Below are positions 44,033 through 58,830 of a stretch of DNA of 64,000 nt, in pieces (within the stretch, counting starts at the first letter, position 1; every line of letters begins with the position of its first letter). The DNA lies in the NCBI GenBank assembly GCA_963849325.1, contig CAWKHF010000012.1:1376001-1440000 (forward strand), read 5' to 3'. The position numbers were made by a program, and so were the translations under genes. This DNA is from an uncultured Planctomycetota bacterium (lineage in GTDB: Bacteria; Planctomycetota; Planctomycetia; Gemmatales; Gemmataceae). Below the pieces are notes generated by a model. That model ran no database searches and was not told where the DNA came from. It was given only the letters and a program-made list of their open reading frames with translations.

Positions 44033-44929
44033 CTACCTCGATGGGCGTGTTTGAATGGCCGTCCGGATAAGAGTCAGAATCTCTTCACGCTCCGGACCGA
44101 CCAGCGGTAGTCGCGGCGCACGCACCATCTCGGAACCCAGTCCCGTCTCGCTCATGGCCAGCTTGATGTATTGCACCAGCTTGACGTGCGTGTCCAGATG
44201 CAGCAGCGGAGCGTACCAGCGGTACAGCTGGACCGCCTCGGCGTAGCGGCCGGCGGTCGCCAGATCCCAGAGCAGACGGTTTTCGTCGGGAAAGGCGTTG
44301 ACCAGGCCGGACACCCAGCCGACCGCGCCGAGCAGCACGCTCTCCAGTACCAGATCATCGACGCCGCAGAAGAGCAGGTAACGATCGCCGCAGCGGTTTT
44401 TCAAGTCGGTGATGCGGCGAACGTTCTCCGACGATTCCTTGATGGCGACGAACTTCGGCTCGTCGGCCAGCTCGGCGAACATCGGCGGCGTGATGTCCAC
44501 GCCGTAGGAGACGGGATTGTTGTAGCAGAGGATCGGCAAATCGGTGGCGGCGGCCACGGCGCGGAAGTGGATCAGGGTCTCGCGCGGGTCGGATTTGTAG
44601 ACCATCGCCGGCAGGACCATGAGGCCGTCGGCGCCGGCCGCGCGAGCCTCGGCGGCGAAGCGGCACGCCAGGGCCGTGCTGCACTCGGCCACACCGGCGA
44701 GCACGGGGACGCGGCTACCGACCTGGCGAACCGCCGTTCGCAGCACCTCCAGCTTCTCGGCGTACTCCAGCGAGCCATTCTCCCCGACGGTGCCGAGCAT
44801 GATGATCCCGTGAACGCCGGCTCGCAGCAGCGTCTCGACGTGGCGGGAGGTGGCGGCCAGGTCCAGGGATTGATCGTCATGAAACTGCGTCGTCACGGCG
44901 GGGAAGACGCCGTGCCAGGTAACCTTCAT
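44033..44929 (-). CDS. DapA/NAL-family protein, probably 1-pyrroline-4-hydroxy-2-carboxylate deaminase-like
   Basis: [44 protein letters not shown]; overlaps an enolase-superfamily gene. Confidence 0.75.
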   Translation of the reverse strand: MKVTWHGVFPAVTTQFHDDQSLDLAATSRHVETLLRAGVHGIIMLGTVGENGSLEYAEKLEVLRTAVRQVGSRVPVLAGVAECSTALACRFAAEARAAGADGLMVLPAMVYKSDPRETLIHFRAVAAATDLPILCYNNPVSYGVDITPPMFAELADEPKFVAIKESSENVRRITDLKNRCGDRYLLFCGVDDLVLESVLLGAVGWVSGLVNAFPDENRLLWDLATAGRYAEAVQLYRWYAPLLHLDTHVKLVQYIKLAMSETGLGSEMVRAPRLPLVGPEREEILTLIRTAIQTRPSR

Positions 44930-46032
44930 GGAACGACCTCCAGCACCGGCTCGCCGAGTACGTCCCAGCGCGGAGTGATGCCCAGGCCGGGAGCGGTCGA
45001 TGCCGCCATGCGGCCGTTGACGCGCCGCGGCGCTCCCTCGGCGATGGAGACGGTCACATAGCTATTGAAGTCGGTGGCGGTGAACAGGAACTCGGGCGGC
45101 GTGCTGTGCGCCAGGTGAGCGATGGCGGCGGTAACGATGTCTCCGCCCCAGGAGTCTTCCAGCGTCATGGCGACGCCCAACGATACGCACAGGTCGCGCG
45201 CCTGCTTCGCTCGCGTCAGTCCGCCGAACTTGCTGATCTTGATGTTGACCACGTCCATGGCCCGATCCGCGTGTCCGCGCAGCAGCACATGGACCGAGTC
45301 GATCACCTCGTCGAGTACGAAGGGGTGATCGGTGTGGCGGCGAACCGACAGGCACTCCTCGTAAGTCAGACACGGTTGCTCGATGTAAACGTCCACGTCG
45401 CGCACGGCGCGGACGACACGCATGGCGTCGTGCATCCGCCAGCCGGTGTTGGCGTCGGCGATCAAGCGATCCCCGCGACGGAGCTGTTCGGCCACGGCGC
45501 GGATGCGATCGATGTCCTCCGCCGGATCGCCGCCCACCTTGAGCTGAAAGCGATGGTAGCCTTCCGCTCGGTAGTCGGCCACCCGGCTCGCCATGACCTG
45601 CGGAGGTTCCTGCGAGATCGCCCGGTACAGGCCGAAATCGTCGCCGTAGCGCCCGCCCAGGAGCGTGCAGACCGGCTGTCCCGTGGCCTGGCCGAGGATG
45701 TCCCAGCAGGCCATGTCGAGGCCCGACTTGACGTAGGCGTGACCCTTCAGGGCGGCATCCATGCGGCGGTTCAGCTTCTCCAGTTGCCGCGGGTCTTCGC
45801 CGAGGAGATGCGGCCCCAACTCGGCGATACCGGCGCGGACGCCCTGGGCGTAGGCGGGCAGATAAAACGGGCCGAGCGGGCAAACTTCGCCGAAGCCGGT
45901 GAGTCCGGAATCGGTCTCGACCTGGACCACCGTGCTGTCGAACACCGTGACCGACTTGCCTCCGGACCACTTGTAGCTGCCCTCGTGCAAGGGCAGCTCC
46001 ACGCGGTAGGCGCGGATGCGATTGATCCGCAT
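44926..46032 (-). CDS. Enolase-superfamily (mandelate racemase/MLE) enzyme, cis-3-hydroxy-L-proline dehydratase/Hyp-betaine epimerase-like
   Basis: FQLKVG, DAN, EQP, DE, KISKFGG, EDSWG. Confidence 0.75.
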   Translation of the reverse strand: MRINRIRAYRVELPLHEGSYKWSGGKSVTVFDSTVVQVETDSGLTGFGEVCPLGPFYLPAYAQGVRAGIAELGPHLLGEDPRQLEKLNRRMDAALKGHAYVKSGLDMACWDILGQATGQPVCTLLGGRYGDDFGLYRAISQEPPQVMASRVADYRAEGYHRFQLKVGGDPAEDIDRIRAVAEQLRRGDRLIADANTGWRMHDAMRVVRAVRDVDVYIEQPCLTYEECLSVRRHTDHPFVLDEVIDSVHVLLRGHADRAMDVVNIKISKFGGLTRAKQARDLCVSLGVAMTLEDSWGGDIVTAAIAHLAHSTPPEFLFTATDFNSYVTVSIAEGAPRRVNGRMAASTAPGLGITPRWDVLGEPVLEVVP

Positions 46033-46044
46033 GGGGTGTTCTCC

Positions 46045-47625
46045 TTACCGCAGCGGCACGTCCTTGAGGAGGAACGGAATATCAACGGCCACCTGCTTGC
46101 GGCCGAGGTAGACGACCTTGGCCGGCTCGCCCTGGTCCTTGCCCGGCTGGCAGATGAGGGTGTAAATCATGGTGAAGGATTGGCCCCCGCCGGGCAACTC
46201 CTGTCTACGAACCATTAGCGGTCCCAACTGCAAGGGCAGCGCCTTGTCCTTGTCATCGCGGACGCTCAGGCCGTTGACCGGACCCACGAAGATGATGGGG
46301 ACGCCGGGCCCGACGGGGCCGCCGATCCGTACACGACCCTGCACCGGCACCGCCGGAGCTTGCGCCGGCGGTGCCCTCGGCGCCGCCGGCACGGGAGGAG
46401 GCGGAGGAGGGAGCGCTGGGCCGGGCGGCGGGACAGGGGCGCCCGCCGGCACGGCCATCAGCGGCGCCGCCGGTATCGCGTTAAGAAACGGCCTCAACTC
46501 CAGCTCGATGATCGTCCGCTTCTGCTCGTCGGTCCTCACCCGCACGATCTTGATCGCGCCGTCCTCGTCGCCCTTGAAGGTCTTGCCGATCGCCTTGGCA
46601 AGGTTGTCGGCCACGATCATCGGCGTAGCCTCGGACAGCACCTGGGCCGAGAGGACGCCCTTGAGGAGTTTGAGCGTTTTGGCGGCCTTGTCGCCCTTCC
46701 TGAGCTGGAGAGGCACCTGCTGCGAGGCGCCGGTCCACAACATCATCCCCGGAGCGAAGACGCCGCCACCGACGCCGGGTGGGCCGGCCGGAACCTGTGG
46801 CGTAATCTGCGTCAGGATCTGGCCCCGATCATCCAGCGCCTTGTCGATGCGAACCGACTGGAGACCCTGCCATTGCAGCTTCGGCTCGGGCGTGACTTCC
46901 AGGGCGAGAATACTTTCCCCTGGAGGGACGGGGCCGAACACGTCCGCCCGAGGCAGGACGCGGACGCGCACGGCGCTGCCGTCGTCGCTGGGCAGCTTGC
47001 GAGACTTGCCGGCCTTGAGAGGGATCACGCCGGGCGGATTTATCAGGAGGGGCCGACCACCGGGTACGGCAGGTGCGGCGCCCGGCGCCGCTGGCATGAG
47101 CACGCCCTGGGCCGTCGCCTCAACCAGATCGGCCTTCTCGCATAGCAACGCCAAGGCGCGCCAGAACGTCGTTTCGCCTGTGTCGAGTGTTACCTTGCCC
47201 TCCTTGCGTTCGCCTTCCGGGGGCATCAGGAAAAGGTTGTAGCCGCTCTTCTTCTGCAGCTGGGCGACGGCCTCGCTCACCGGCGTATCCGTGCAAACCA
47301 AGCGGAGACGCTTCGGGGCCAGCACCTTGGCGCTCTCGGCCTGTTTCTCAATCTTCTTGACCAACTCTTCCGCCCGCCGCTTGACCTCGGCGTCGTCGCT
47401 CCGCGCCGCCTTGCGCAAGGCTCCCAGGGCCGGCACACCGATGGCGTCCAGTTCCTTCGTCGCCTTCTCGCGCTCGGTGAAGGTGCCGCTGCCCACCTGT
47501 TCGATGAGCCGGTCAATCCGCTCGGCGCTGACGGCCTCGCTGCTTGGACTCGGCAAGGCGCCGAGCAGGAATACACCCAGGATAACCAGCAGGGCCAACG
47601 GTAAATATCGGCTGCGTATCACATT
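46045..47625 (-). CDS. Hypothetical exported Pro-rich protein with an N-terminal HEAT-like helical domain (start approximate)
   Basis: Signal peptide; IDRLIEQVGSGTFTEREKATKEL...DAEVKRRA. Confidence 0.7.
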   Translation of the reverse strand, partial: NVIRSRYLPLALLVILGVFLLGALPSPSSEAVSAERIDRLIEQVGSGTFTEREKATKELDAIGVPALGALRKAARSDDAEVKRRAEELVKKIEKQAESAKVLAPKRLRLVCTDTPVSEAVAQLQKKSGYNLFLMPPEGERKEGKVTLDTGETTFWRALALLCEKADLVEATAQGVLMPAAPGAAPAVPGGRPLLINPPGVIPLKAGKSRKLPSDDGSAVRVRVLPRADVFGPVPPGESILALEVTPEPKLQWQGLQSVRIDKALDDRGQILTQITPQVPAGPPGVGGGVFAPGMMLWTGASQQVPLQLRKGDKAAKTLKLLKGVLSAQVLSEATPMIVADNLAKAIGKTFKGDEDGAIKIVRVRTDEQKRTIIELELRPFLNAIPAAPLMAVPAGAPVPPPGPALPPPPPPVPAAPRAPPAQAPAVPVQGRVRIGGPVGPGVPIIFVGPVNGLSVRDDKDKALPLQLGPLMVRRQELPGGGQSFTMIYTLICQPGKDQGEPAKVVYLGRKQVAVDIPFLLKDVPLR

Positions 47626-47800
47626 GACCTCCTTGCAAGAAGGCCCGAGGGCCGGAGACATCCAACATGCCTTATCCTCGCGCGATCGCATCGTACCAAT
47701 CCGACGGCGTGGCGGCTATCCATTTCGGAGGACGGAGGAGAGGCAGGTCGGGGACACGACCCGGACGAAGAGCGCATCGCGGCGAAATGGAGAACGGATT

Positions 47801-47864
47801 GTTTAGCCGCGACGCGCAGCGGAGCGCGGGTTCTCCCGCGCTCCGCTGCGCGTCGCGGCTAAAC
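47801..47864. repeat. REP-like palindrome, family C
   Basis: Same arms as the 35692 copy. Confidence 0.92.
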
Positions 47865-47888
47865 GAGGAATGGGTTGATCGGTCCTTG

Positions 47889-49231
47889 TCACGCCAGCAG
47901 CTTGTCGATGACGCGGCCTTCGCGGAACAGCTGAATCGGCCGGCCCGTCGAGGTCGTCAGCTCCTGGTGCGGGTCGATGCCCAGGCAGTGGAAGATCGTG
48001 GCCGACACGTCGTCCGGCGTACACGGCTCGGTGGCCGGGGCCATGCCCTGAGCGTCGGTGGTGCCGTGGGCGTAGCCGCGCTTGAAGCCGCCGCCGGCCA
48101 GCACCACCGCCATCGACCGCGCCCAGTGGTCGCGGCCGGCGTTCTTGTTGATCTTCGGCGTCCGGCCGAACTCGCCGGCGCAGTACACGATCGTCCGATC
48201 GAGCATGCCGCGGTCGGTCAGGTCCTCGATCAGGGCCGACAGCGTCTGATCGAGCTGTCGGCAGCAGTCGCTTCGACAGGGCGTCGAAGTTCTTGCCGTG
48301 CGTGTCCCAGCCGCCGAGGCTGATGGTGACGAAGCGAACGCCGGCCTCGACCAGCCGCCGGGCCGCCAGACGCGCCCTGGCCGAACGCGCTGCGTGCCGT
48401 AGCGGTCGCGCAGCGCCTGCGTCTCCTGCGTCGAGGTCGAACGCCTTCTTGGTCCTGTCGGAGCGCAGGATCTCCAGGGCTTGCTTGTGGAAGGTGTCGA
48501 GGCCGTCGACGAGGTCGGCGGACTGGTCGACCGCGCGGAAGGTCTCGTCGAAGCCCTTGAGGAGCTTGTCGCGGTTGTTCCAGCTCGTCGAGGCGTGAAG
48601 CCGTTGGGCAGCTGGATGCCGCGGACGCGGCAGTCGAGCCTTGCCGCCCTTGCCGCCGGCGTTGCCCTCGATGACGAACGGGTTGTAGGCGGTGCCGAGG
48701 TAGCCGGCCGCGCTGCCGCTGCGGCATGTCGCCGAAGCTGACGTAGGGCGGCACGCCCTTCTCGGCCGGCAGCAGCTTGCGTCGTCAGCGAGCCGAGCGA
48801 CGGATACTGCAGCGCCGGCGTCGGCTTGTTGCCGGTCGTCATGAAGACGCGTGGCCGGCCCGTGCGCCGGGATGGTGTGGTCCAGCGAGCGGACGATGGC
48901 GATCTTGTCCGCCGACTTGCGCCATCTTCGGCAGGTGCTCGCTGATCTGCACGCCGTTCGCCTTGGTGGGGATCGGCTTGAACTCGCCGCGGACGCCTTC
49001 GGGGGCGTTCGGTCTTGAGGTCCCACATGTCGATGGTGGCCGGCCCGCCGCCCAGCCAGAGCATGATGACCGCGTTGGCCCGCCGCTTCTGCTTTTGCGG
49101 AGCGGGGGCCGACCTGCGCCTCCAGGCGCAGCAGCTGCGGCAGCGTCAGGCCGAACAGGCCGGCCGGCGCCGATCTTGAGGAAGTCGCGGCGATGGAACC
49201 CTTCGCAGTCCGTGCCAAATGGTCGTGTCAT
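47889..49231 (-). CDS. DUF1501 protein (multiple frameshifts)
   Basis: CEGFHRRDFL, LWLGGGP, GGWDTH, GEFGRTP, GRDHW. Confidence 0.85.
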
Positions 49232-49302
49232 GATGCGATCCTTTCAATCGCCCTGAACCCCCCAGCGTCCGTCCTCTCAGGGCAGCGTGAACGGACACGC
49301 CA

Positions 49303-51731
49303 TTAGTGATTGAAAATGAACTCGTTCGTGTTGATCAGCGCCCACAGCGTATCGAGGAAGACCGCTTGCCGGTCCTTGCCGCGCGTGCGGTAGTCGGCGA
49401 ACCACGACCGCTCTTTCGCGTCGGCGGGCGGGACAACGTAGCGAGGAACAGTTCGTCAAGCGCCTTGTCGTCGTCCTTCTCGGCGGCCAGCAGTTTGCGA
49501 ACGCGGCCCTGCGGCGACTGCATTTTCTGCTGAATCGACGGGTCGGCCATCAGGAACAGCTTCTGCGGCAGGCCCGGCTCCATGGCGCGCTCGCAGTCGC
49601 AGGCCGTCGTGCGCGGCGGCCGGCCGAAGATGCGGAAGGCGTAGTTGACCGAGCCGTTCTGCAAGCGGCTGGCGCCGACCTCGATGGCCCGACTGCCGGC
49701 CGGCATCTCCGCGCCGAACTTCTCCGTCGCCCCCAGCGCCGCGTTCAGCACGTCGACCACGACCTCGGCCATCATCGGCCGAACGTAGCTGTGCGAGTAG
49801 TTCGTCCGGTCGAGGCGGTTCGTCTCGTTGGACGCCGAACGTCAGCTGGTAGGTCCGCGACAGTGAGGATGCGTGCGCTCCAGCTGGCGGATGTCGTACT
49901 TGCCGGCGACGAAGTCCTTGGCCAGGGCGTCGAGCAGCTTGTCGTTGGACGGCGGGTTGGCCAGCGAGAAGTCGTCCACCGGATGGACGATGCCGACGCC
50001 GAAGTAGTGGCCCCAGACGCGGTTGACGAAGCTGCGGGCGAAGAACGGATTGTCCGCCGCGTGCATCCAGTCGAACAGGGCGACGCGCGGGTCCTTGCCG
50101 TTCTCGACCGGCGATGTCCGGGCCGCCCAGCGCCTTGCGGCGTCAGCGGCTGCTTCGTGTCGGGGTCGGTCAGCGGCCTGGCCGTCGTGCCGGTGGCGCG
50201 GACGTAGACCTCGCGCAGCGGCGTCAGTTGCACGTTCTTCTTGCCGTCGCTCCGGCGCTTGTTCCGCTCGGCGTTCTCGGTGCGGAACAGCTTCTGCGAC
50301 TCCGGCGAGACGCCGAAGTCCAGCCGGGCGAAGACGTTGGCGTAGGCGCGATAGTCGGCCTGCGTCCAGCGGTCGAAGGGGTGCTTGTGGCACTGGGCGC
50401 ATTCGAGGCGGACGCCGAGGAACGCGGCCGCCGTCTTCTCGCCCCACTGCTCGATCGGCACGCTGCTGCTGCCGCCGCCAGAACAGGTCGAGCGTCGGCC
50501 GATCGGCGTAGACGGTCGTCGCAACCCTTGTCGATCGGCCTCGCTGTTCCTTGACCTGCTTGACGTACTCCTCCGGCGTTATGCCGTCGCGGCTGGTGGC
50601 GCACAGGACGCCGTGGACGATCTCGTCGTAGGGCATGTTGTCGGCGAGGCGCTTGCGGAACCAGTCGTGCCACATCTGGCTGAGCTTGCGCCCGGCGCTG
50701 CTGCGGGTTCTCCAGCGCGTCGGTGTTGTTGCCGGTGATGTCGCAGAACTTCGTCGCCCACAGGGCGGCGTGCAGCGGATGGGCGAGCAGCTCGTCGATC
50801 TTGCGCGCTGCGCTTGTCGGGTCGCGTGTCGGCGAGGAAGTCGCGCACTTCCTGCGGCGTCGGCAGCGAGCCGATGGTGTCGATGGTCACGCGGCGGAGG
50901 AACTCGGCGTCGCCGGACAGGTCCGACGGCACCATGTTGAGCCGCCGCAGCTTGGCGAAGACTTCGTGGTCGATGTAGTTGACCTCGGGCACGTCGGGGT
51001 AGCTGAAGCCCGGCGTCGGCCTCGACCGGCACCAGGACGCGCACCGGCAGGACGTTGCCGCGATAGGAGACGATGACGGCGGTGTCGCCGGGCCGCACGG
51101 CCCTGAAGCCGGCCCAGCGGCGTCGACCTCGACGACGGCCTCGTCGTTGGTGCGGAAGTCGCACAGCGGCGTGATCGTCTTCCGTCGTGCCGTCGGCGAA
51201 GGTCGCCTCGACCTGGAGCTGGCCGCTCTGGCCGGGCTTGGCGAAGGCATATTCCGGAGGCGTAAATGGTGATGTTGGCGAACGTCGCCGCTGCCCTTGT
51301 GCCAGCGGGCGCCCTGCGCGATCCAGTGCGCGGAGCAGTTGATACGCCCAGGAATCGCTTGCCGAAGCGCGTCTGTCCGCTCGTGCGGCACCTGGCCGGT
51401 CGCCTTGAGCAGGAGCAGGCTGGTGTCGGGGTCGGCGCGGTTGAGGCGGCGGCCCTCGATGTCGCGGCGTGAGGGCGAGGTAGTCCTTCTCCGGATCGTA
51501 GCCGAACAGCGACAGGCGGAAGCCGCCTTTGCCCTGGAACGAGCCGTGGCAGGAGCCGGAGTTGCAGCCCATGCGGCCGAACACGCCCATGACGTGGCGC
51601 TCGAAATCGACCTTCTCGACCGTCTCGCCGCCGGGCAGCTTGATGCCGGCACAGGGGGCGGGGCCGATGAAGCCGAGCAGGCCGGCCAGGACGAAAGTGG
51701 GGCCGAATCGGGTGATGCAGGCAGTGTGCAT
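49303..51731 (-). CDS. DUF1549/DUF1553 protein with N-terminal Ig-like domain (multiple frameshifts)
   Basis: GCNSGSCHG..GKGGFRLSLFG, FLRRVTID, CAQCHKHP, NPPSN, C-terminal EFIFNH. Confidence 0.85.
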
Positions 51732-52029
51732 TCCTCGATCCTCCAGAGAAACGACCTCCTCTGTCGCAGAGGAGAGCACAGGAAGGTTCAGGCAGGCGGG
51801 CAGGCAGGAAAGACCGCGTACGGTGCGGCGGGGATTTAACCACGAACTAACGTGAAAGTATCGCATGGGGAGACCGATTGCAAGCAATTTCTCGATGCGG
51901 CACAAGACCTTTCGGACCCCTGCCTTCTTCGTCCGCCCTTGTTTTGCTTGACACCCCGCATGTCGGAGGGGTACGGTGAACCTCGGCCAATGAGGTATTG
52001 CGCGATCGGAAGGCGATGGAGGATCGGTC

Positions 52030-53805
52030 TTGCCTCGGTTGATCGTCATCAAGGGCGTGGATGAAGGCAAGCAATTCGAGCTGAGCGGCCCGCACGTCGG
52101 CGCCGGCCGCGACAGTTCCAATCGCGTCAAGCTGCACGATACCGAAGTGTCGCGCCGCCACGCCGAGTTCGTCCGCACCGACGAGGGTTATCGCCTCGTC
52201 GATCGCGGTAGTGCCAACGGTACGTTCGTCAACAACCAGCCCGTCCGCGATGTCCTCCTGCAACCGGGCGATCAGATCCAGATCGGGCAGACTGTCTTCG
52301 TCTACTCCGCCGGGGTGCGTCCGGACGCCTGGGAACCGCCGGCGCGCGGCGACCTGGCCGACCACATCAGCCTCATCTCGCGTCAAGATCTCGAACTGCC
52401 GTCGGCCATCGTCCAGTCCATCGGCGAAACCGAAGGCAGCCGAATCCTCGCCCACCCCGAGCAGGTTGAAGGACCGTGGCTCAAGAACGCCTTGGCCAAC
52501 CTCATGTACCAGGCGACGCAGGCCGTCAGCCACATCCTCGACCTCAACCAGCTCCTCGAACGCATTCTGGAGCTGATCTTTCGCTACCTCGACGCCGACC
52601 GCGGCTGCGTCATGCTGCGCGAGGCGTCGGCGTCCGAGGCGGGGGCGGGATCGGCCGTGCCGCACAGCGCCGACTTTCAGCCCCAGGCGCTGCGCTGGCG
52701 CGACGGCATCAACCGCCAGGAGAAGATTCCCGTCAGCCGGACCATCATGGATTACGTCCTGCGCGAGAAGCAGGGCATTCTCGTCTCCGACGTGGCCGGC
52801 GACGAGCGCTTCCAGGCCGTGCAGAGCATCGTCCGCCACGGCATCCGCGAAATCATCTGCGTACCCATGAAGGGACGGCACGGAACGCTCGGCGTGCTCT
52901 ACCTCGACGCGCGCACCGCCTCGCGCGATCCGCTCGGCGGCGTCCCTGCCGGCGGCAAGCCCGCCAACAAGTTCAGCGGCGAACATCTGTTCCTGGCGGG
53001 CGCCCTCGCTCACCAAGCGGCCCTGGCGGTCGAGGAGACGCGCTACTACCAGGCCATGGTCCAGGCCGAACGCCTGGCCGCGGTTGGGCAGACCATCGCG
53101 GCGCTGTCGCACCACATCAAGAACATCCTGCAAGGACTCAAGAGCGGCAGCGAGATCCTCAAAATGGGCCTCAAGGACATGGACCCGGTGCTGTTGCAGC
53201 AAGGCTGGAAGAACATCGAAAAGAACCAGGGCAAAATCTACGACCTGGTCGTGGACATGCTCGGCTACTCCAAGGAGCGCGAGCCGAACATCGAGAGTAC
53301 CGACCTCAACGGCGTGGCCCGCGACGTGATCGAGCTGATGGCGCCGCGCGCCATGGAACTCGGCGTCGAGCTGACGGCGCGGCTTGACGACCAATTGCCC
53401 AACTGTCCGGCCGACCCCGAGGGCATTCACCGCGCCTTGCTGAACATTGTCGGCAACGCCCTGGACGCCGTGGAGGACGTGGAGTCGCCGTGCGTGATCG
53501 TGGCGACGGCGCGGGAGCCAAACGGTGAGTCGGTTTGCTTCGAGGTACGCGACAACGGCGGCGGCATTCCGCCGGAAAAGATCCACGACATCTTCCGCCC
53601 TTTCGTGAGCACCAAGGGAGCGCGCGGCACGGGACTGGGATTGGCCGTCAGCCGCAAAATCCTCCGCGAACACGGCGGCGACATCGTGGCCCACAGTCAG
53701 CCCGGACAGGGCAGTGTGTTCCTTCTGCGTTTGCCGCTGCGCAGCGCCTTCCATTCCGACGTCAACAGCACGCGCACCATCCATCCGCCGCTGGCGCCGG
53801 ATTGA
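52030..53805 (+). CDS. FHA-GAF-histidine kinase (orphan)
   Basis: FHA motifs GR, SRRHA, SANGT; GAF region; SHHIKN H-box, N box, DNGGG, GTGLGL. Confidence 0.92.
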   Translation: MPRLIVIKGVDEGKQFELSGPHVGAGRDSSNRVKLHDTEVSRRHAEFVRTDEGYRLVDRGSANGTFVNNQPVRDVLLQPGDQIQIGQTVFVYSAGVRPDAWEPPARGDLADHISLISRQDLELPSAIVQSIGETEGSRILAHPEQVEGPWLKNALANLMYQATQAVSHILDLNQLLERILELIFRYLDADRGCVMLREASASEAGAGSAVPHSADFQPQALRWRDGINRQEKIPVSRTIMDYVLREKQGILVSDVAGDERFQAVQSIVRHGIREIICVPMKGRHGTLGVLYLDARTASRDPLGGVPAGGKPANKFSGEHLFLAGALAHQAALAVEETRYYQAMVQAERLAAVGQTIAALSHHIKNILQGLKSGSEILKMGLKDMDPVLLQQGWKNIEKNQGKIYDLVVDMLGYSKEREPNIESTDLNGVARDVIELMAPRAMELGVELTARLDDQLPNCPADPEGIHRALLNIVGNALDAVEDVESPCVIVATAREPNGESVCFEVRDNGGGIPPEKIHDIFRPFVSTKGARGTGLGLAVSRKILREHGGDIVAHSQPGQGSVFLLRLPLRSAFHSDVNSTRTIHPPLAPD

Positions 53806-53888
53806 CCCGGTCGTTTAGCCGCGACGCGCAGCGGAGCGCGGGGATACTCTCGCGCTCCGCTGCGCGTCGCGGCTAAACGACCGGGTCA
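53803..53888. repeat. Family C palindrome extended to include both convergent stop codons
   Basis: TGACCCGGTCGTTTAGCC...GGCTAAACGACCGGGTCA. Confidence 0.92.
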
Positions 53889-55585
53889 TACGACGATTTG
53901 CGTGGCCACGTCGGGATGCGACTCCTCGTCGCCGCGCGTGACGATGGGGTGCTCGCGCCACCACCGCGCCGCCTGCTCTTCGGTCCACTGGTCCGCCGCC
54001 GCGCAAGCGGCCAGGGCTTGCTCCAGGCTGTGCGCGTCCGGGAAACGACGGGCAGGGTCTTTCTCCAGGCAGCGCAGCACAACGGCTTGCAGGTCGAGCG
54101 GCACGTCCGGCTGGACCTTGGACAGCGGCAGGACCGGCTCGTAGGCGTGGGCCATGAGCATCATCATGGCCGTCTCGCGGACGAACGGCGCTTGCCCCGT
54201 CAGGAGGTAGTAGGCCACGGCGCCCAGGCTGTAGATGTCGCTGCGCGGATCGAGGATGGATCTTGCCGGCGGCCTGCTCCGGCGACATGTACGGCGGCGA
54301 ACCGAGGATGGTGCCGTGCTGCGGTGAGCCGATCGCCCTCCTTGCCGAAGCGCGTCTCCTGCACCAGGCCGAAGTCGAGCAGCTTGGCCACGTCGAAGAC
54401 GCCGCCGCGCTCGCAGGCGATGATGTTGCTGGGCTTGATGTCGCGGTGGAGCAGACCGACGCCGTGCGCCTCGCGCAGGGCACGGCAGACCTGGCGCAGC
54501 AGGTGGATGGCCCGTGCCGGCGACAGCGGCCCATAGCAAGCGACGAGATGGTCCAGGTTCTGTCCGGGCAGGTACTCCATGACGTAGTAGAAGGTGCCGT
54601 CGTCGGCGTGGCCGTAGTCGTAGATCTCGACGGTGTTCCAGTGCGTCAGCGTCGCCATGGCCTGGACCTCGCGCTCGAAGCGCTGCAAGTTGGTCGGGTC
54701 GCCGGCCTGCTCCGGGCGGATCAGCTTGACGGCGCAAGGACGGCGCAGCAGCAGATGCTCGGCCAGGAAGACCTCGCCCATGCCGCCGGCGCCGAGGCGC
54801 TTCTTGAGGCGGTACTGGCCCAGTTGCTGGGCCTCGAAGGCCTGTTCTTCGAGGACCTGGATGCGGTAGGAGCCGAACACGGCGATGGCCAGGGCCACCG
54901 CCAGAAGGATCGCCATGTCGAACAGGGAGAAGAATAGCTCCATCTGCGGCGGAGCGTGGCGCGAGGCAGCCAACGGCGTCAGGATCAACGGCGTCAGCGC
55001 CAGGCCGAGGCTGACCAGCAGACAGCGCCGCCAGGTGTTGGGGATGAACACGCCGTAAACGATGATGAGGAAGAACCAGCGCGTCGAGGTGTTGCCGACC
55101 GCGTGGTGCAGAAGAAGCGGACCCTGGGGACCGCGCGACGCTTCCGCCAGAGGGCCGTGAAGGAAGTCTCGATATTGCAGCCAGGCGAAGAAGACCGTCA
55201 GCGAGCCGAAGATGGCCAGCTCGATGGCCCGCAGGATGGGCAGCGACAGACGCTTGCGTCGCCACAGGATCATGGCTCCCACGGCCGCCACCAGGGCGGT
55301 GCCGCCGTGAAACACCAGGGCGAAGCCGGTCAGGTGCCGCGGCAGGTTCGGATCGATCAGATTGCGGATCAGGAAGGTGAGCGAGGGAGCCAACGTCAGC
55401 AGGGCGACGAAAAGCAGACGTCGCTGCAGCAGCGATTCGATGGCTCCGCGGAAGGCGGCCCCACCGCTGACGGGCATGGCCACCCGGCAGCGCGGCGTTC
55501 GCCGCGTCGGGCGCGAACCACCCGGAGGATAGTCCGTGGTCGAGCCGTCGGAGCGCGGCGCATTCGGCGCGGGGTAATTCATCAC
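53886..55585 (-). CDS. Membrane-bound Hanks-type Ser/Thr protein kinase (frameshifts near 54260-54330)
   Basis: N-terminal TMs; LGAGGMGEV, AVK, HRDIKPSN, DFG, YMSPEQ, SDIYSLG. Confidence 0.92.
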
Positions 55586-55706
55586 AGCGGACAGGCTCCG
55601 TCGAGGGTAGCCGATTCGGTCTCTCCCCTAACTATATCCTCTCGCCCCTGCCGTGGGAACGGAGTACCCGCGCCGTGGTGCCGTTCTATTCTAACAATAG
55701 TTTGGT

Positions 55707-55772
55707 TTTTCCGAGCCGCGAGCGTCAGCGAGCGGTGGACGGCCCGCTCGCTGACGCTCGCGGCTCGGAAAA
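55707..55772. repeat. REP-like palindrome, family B
   Basis: TTTTCCGAGCCGCGAGCGTCAGCGAGCGG / CCGCTCGCTGACGCTCGCGGCTCGGAAAA. Confidence 0.9.
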
Positions 55773-55968
55773 GACTGCCCTCCGCCATAAGCGGCCCTTG
55801 CCGGTTCTACGCATGTTGCCATCCGCGTAGTCTACGGCGAGGGCGGGAGGGTCGGCGTGAACAAAGCGGCGCTTGTCCTCCGCCCCCACGCCCCGTTAAA
55901 TGATAAGAGGAATCGAGATCAATCGGCCCCTCTCTCGCGGCCCGAGGCTTTTGCGGAAACGTGACACT

Positions 55969-58760
<2,792 letters not shown>

Positions 58761-58775
<15 letters not shown>

Positions 58776-58820
58776 GTTCTGAGTTCTGAGTGAAAGACTC
58801 AGAACTCAGAACTCAGAACT
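58761..58820. repeat. Inverted heptamer tandem repeat (AGTTCTG)4 / (CAGAACT)3
   Basis: Directly visible; supplies the sucA stop codon. Confidence 0.9.
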
Positions 58821-58830
58821 GGAGATTGGC

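Noticed and set aside
38411-51731. Repeated DUF1501 plus DUF1549/1553 modules as a novel system
   Set aside because: Well-known, highly paralogous planctomycete families
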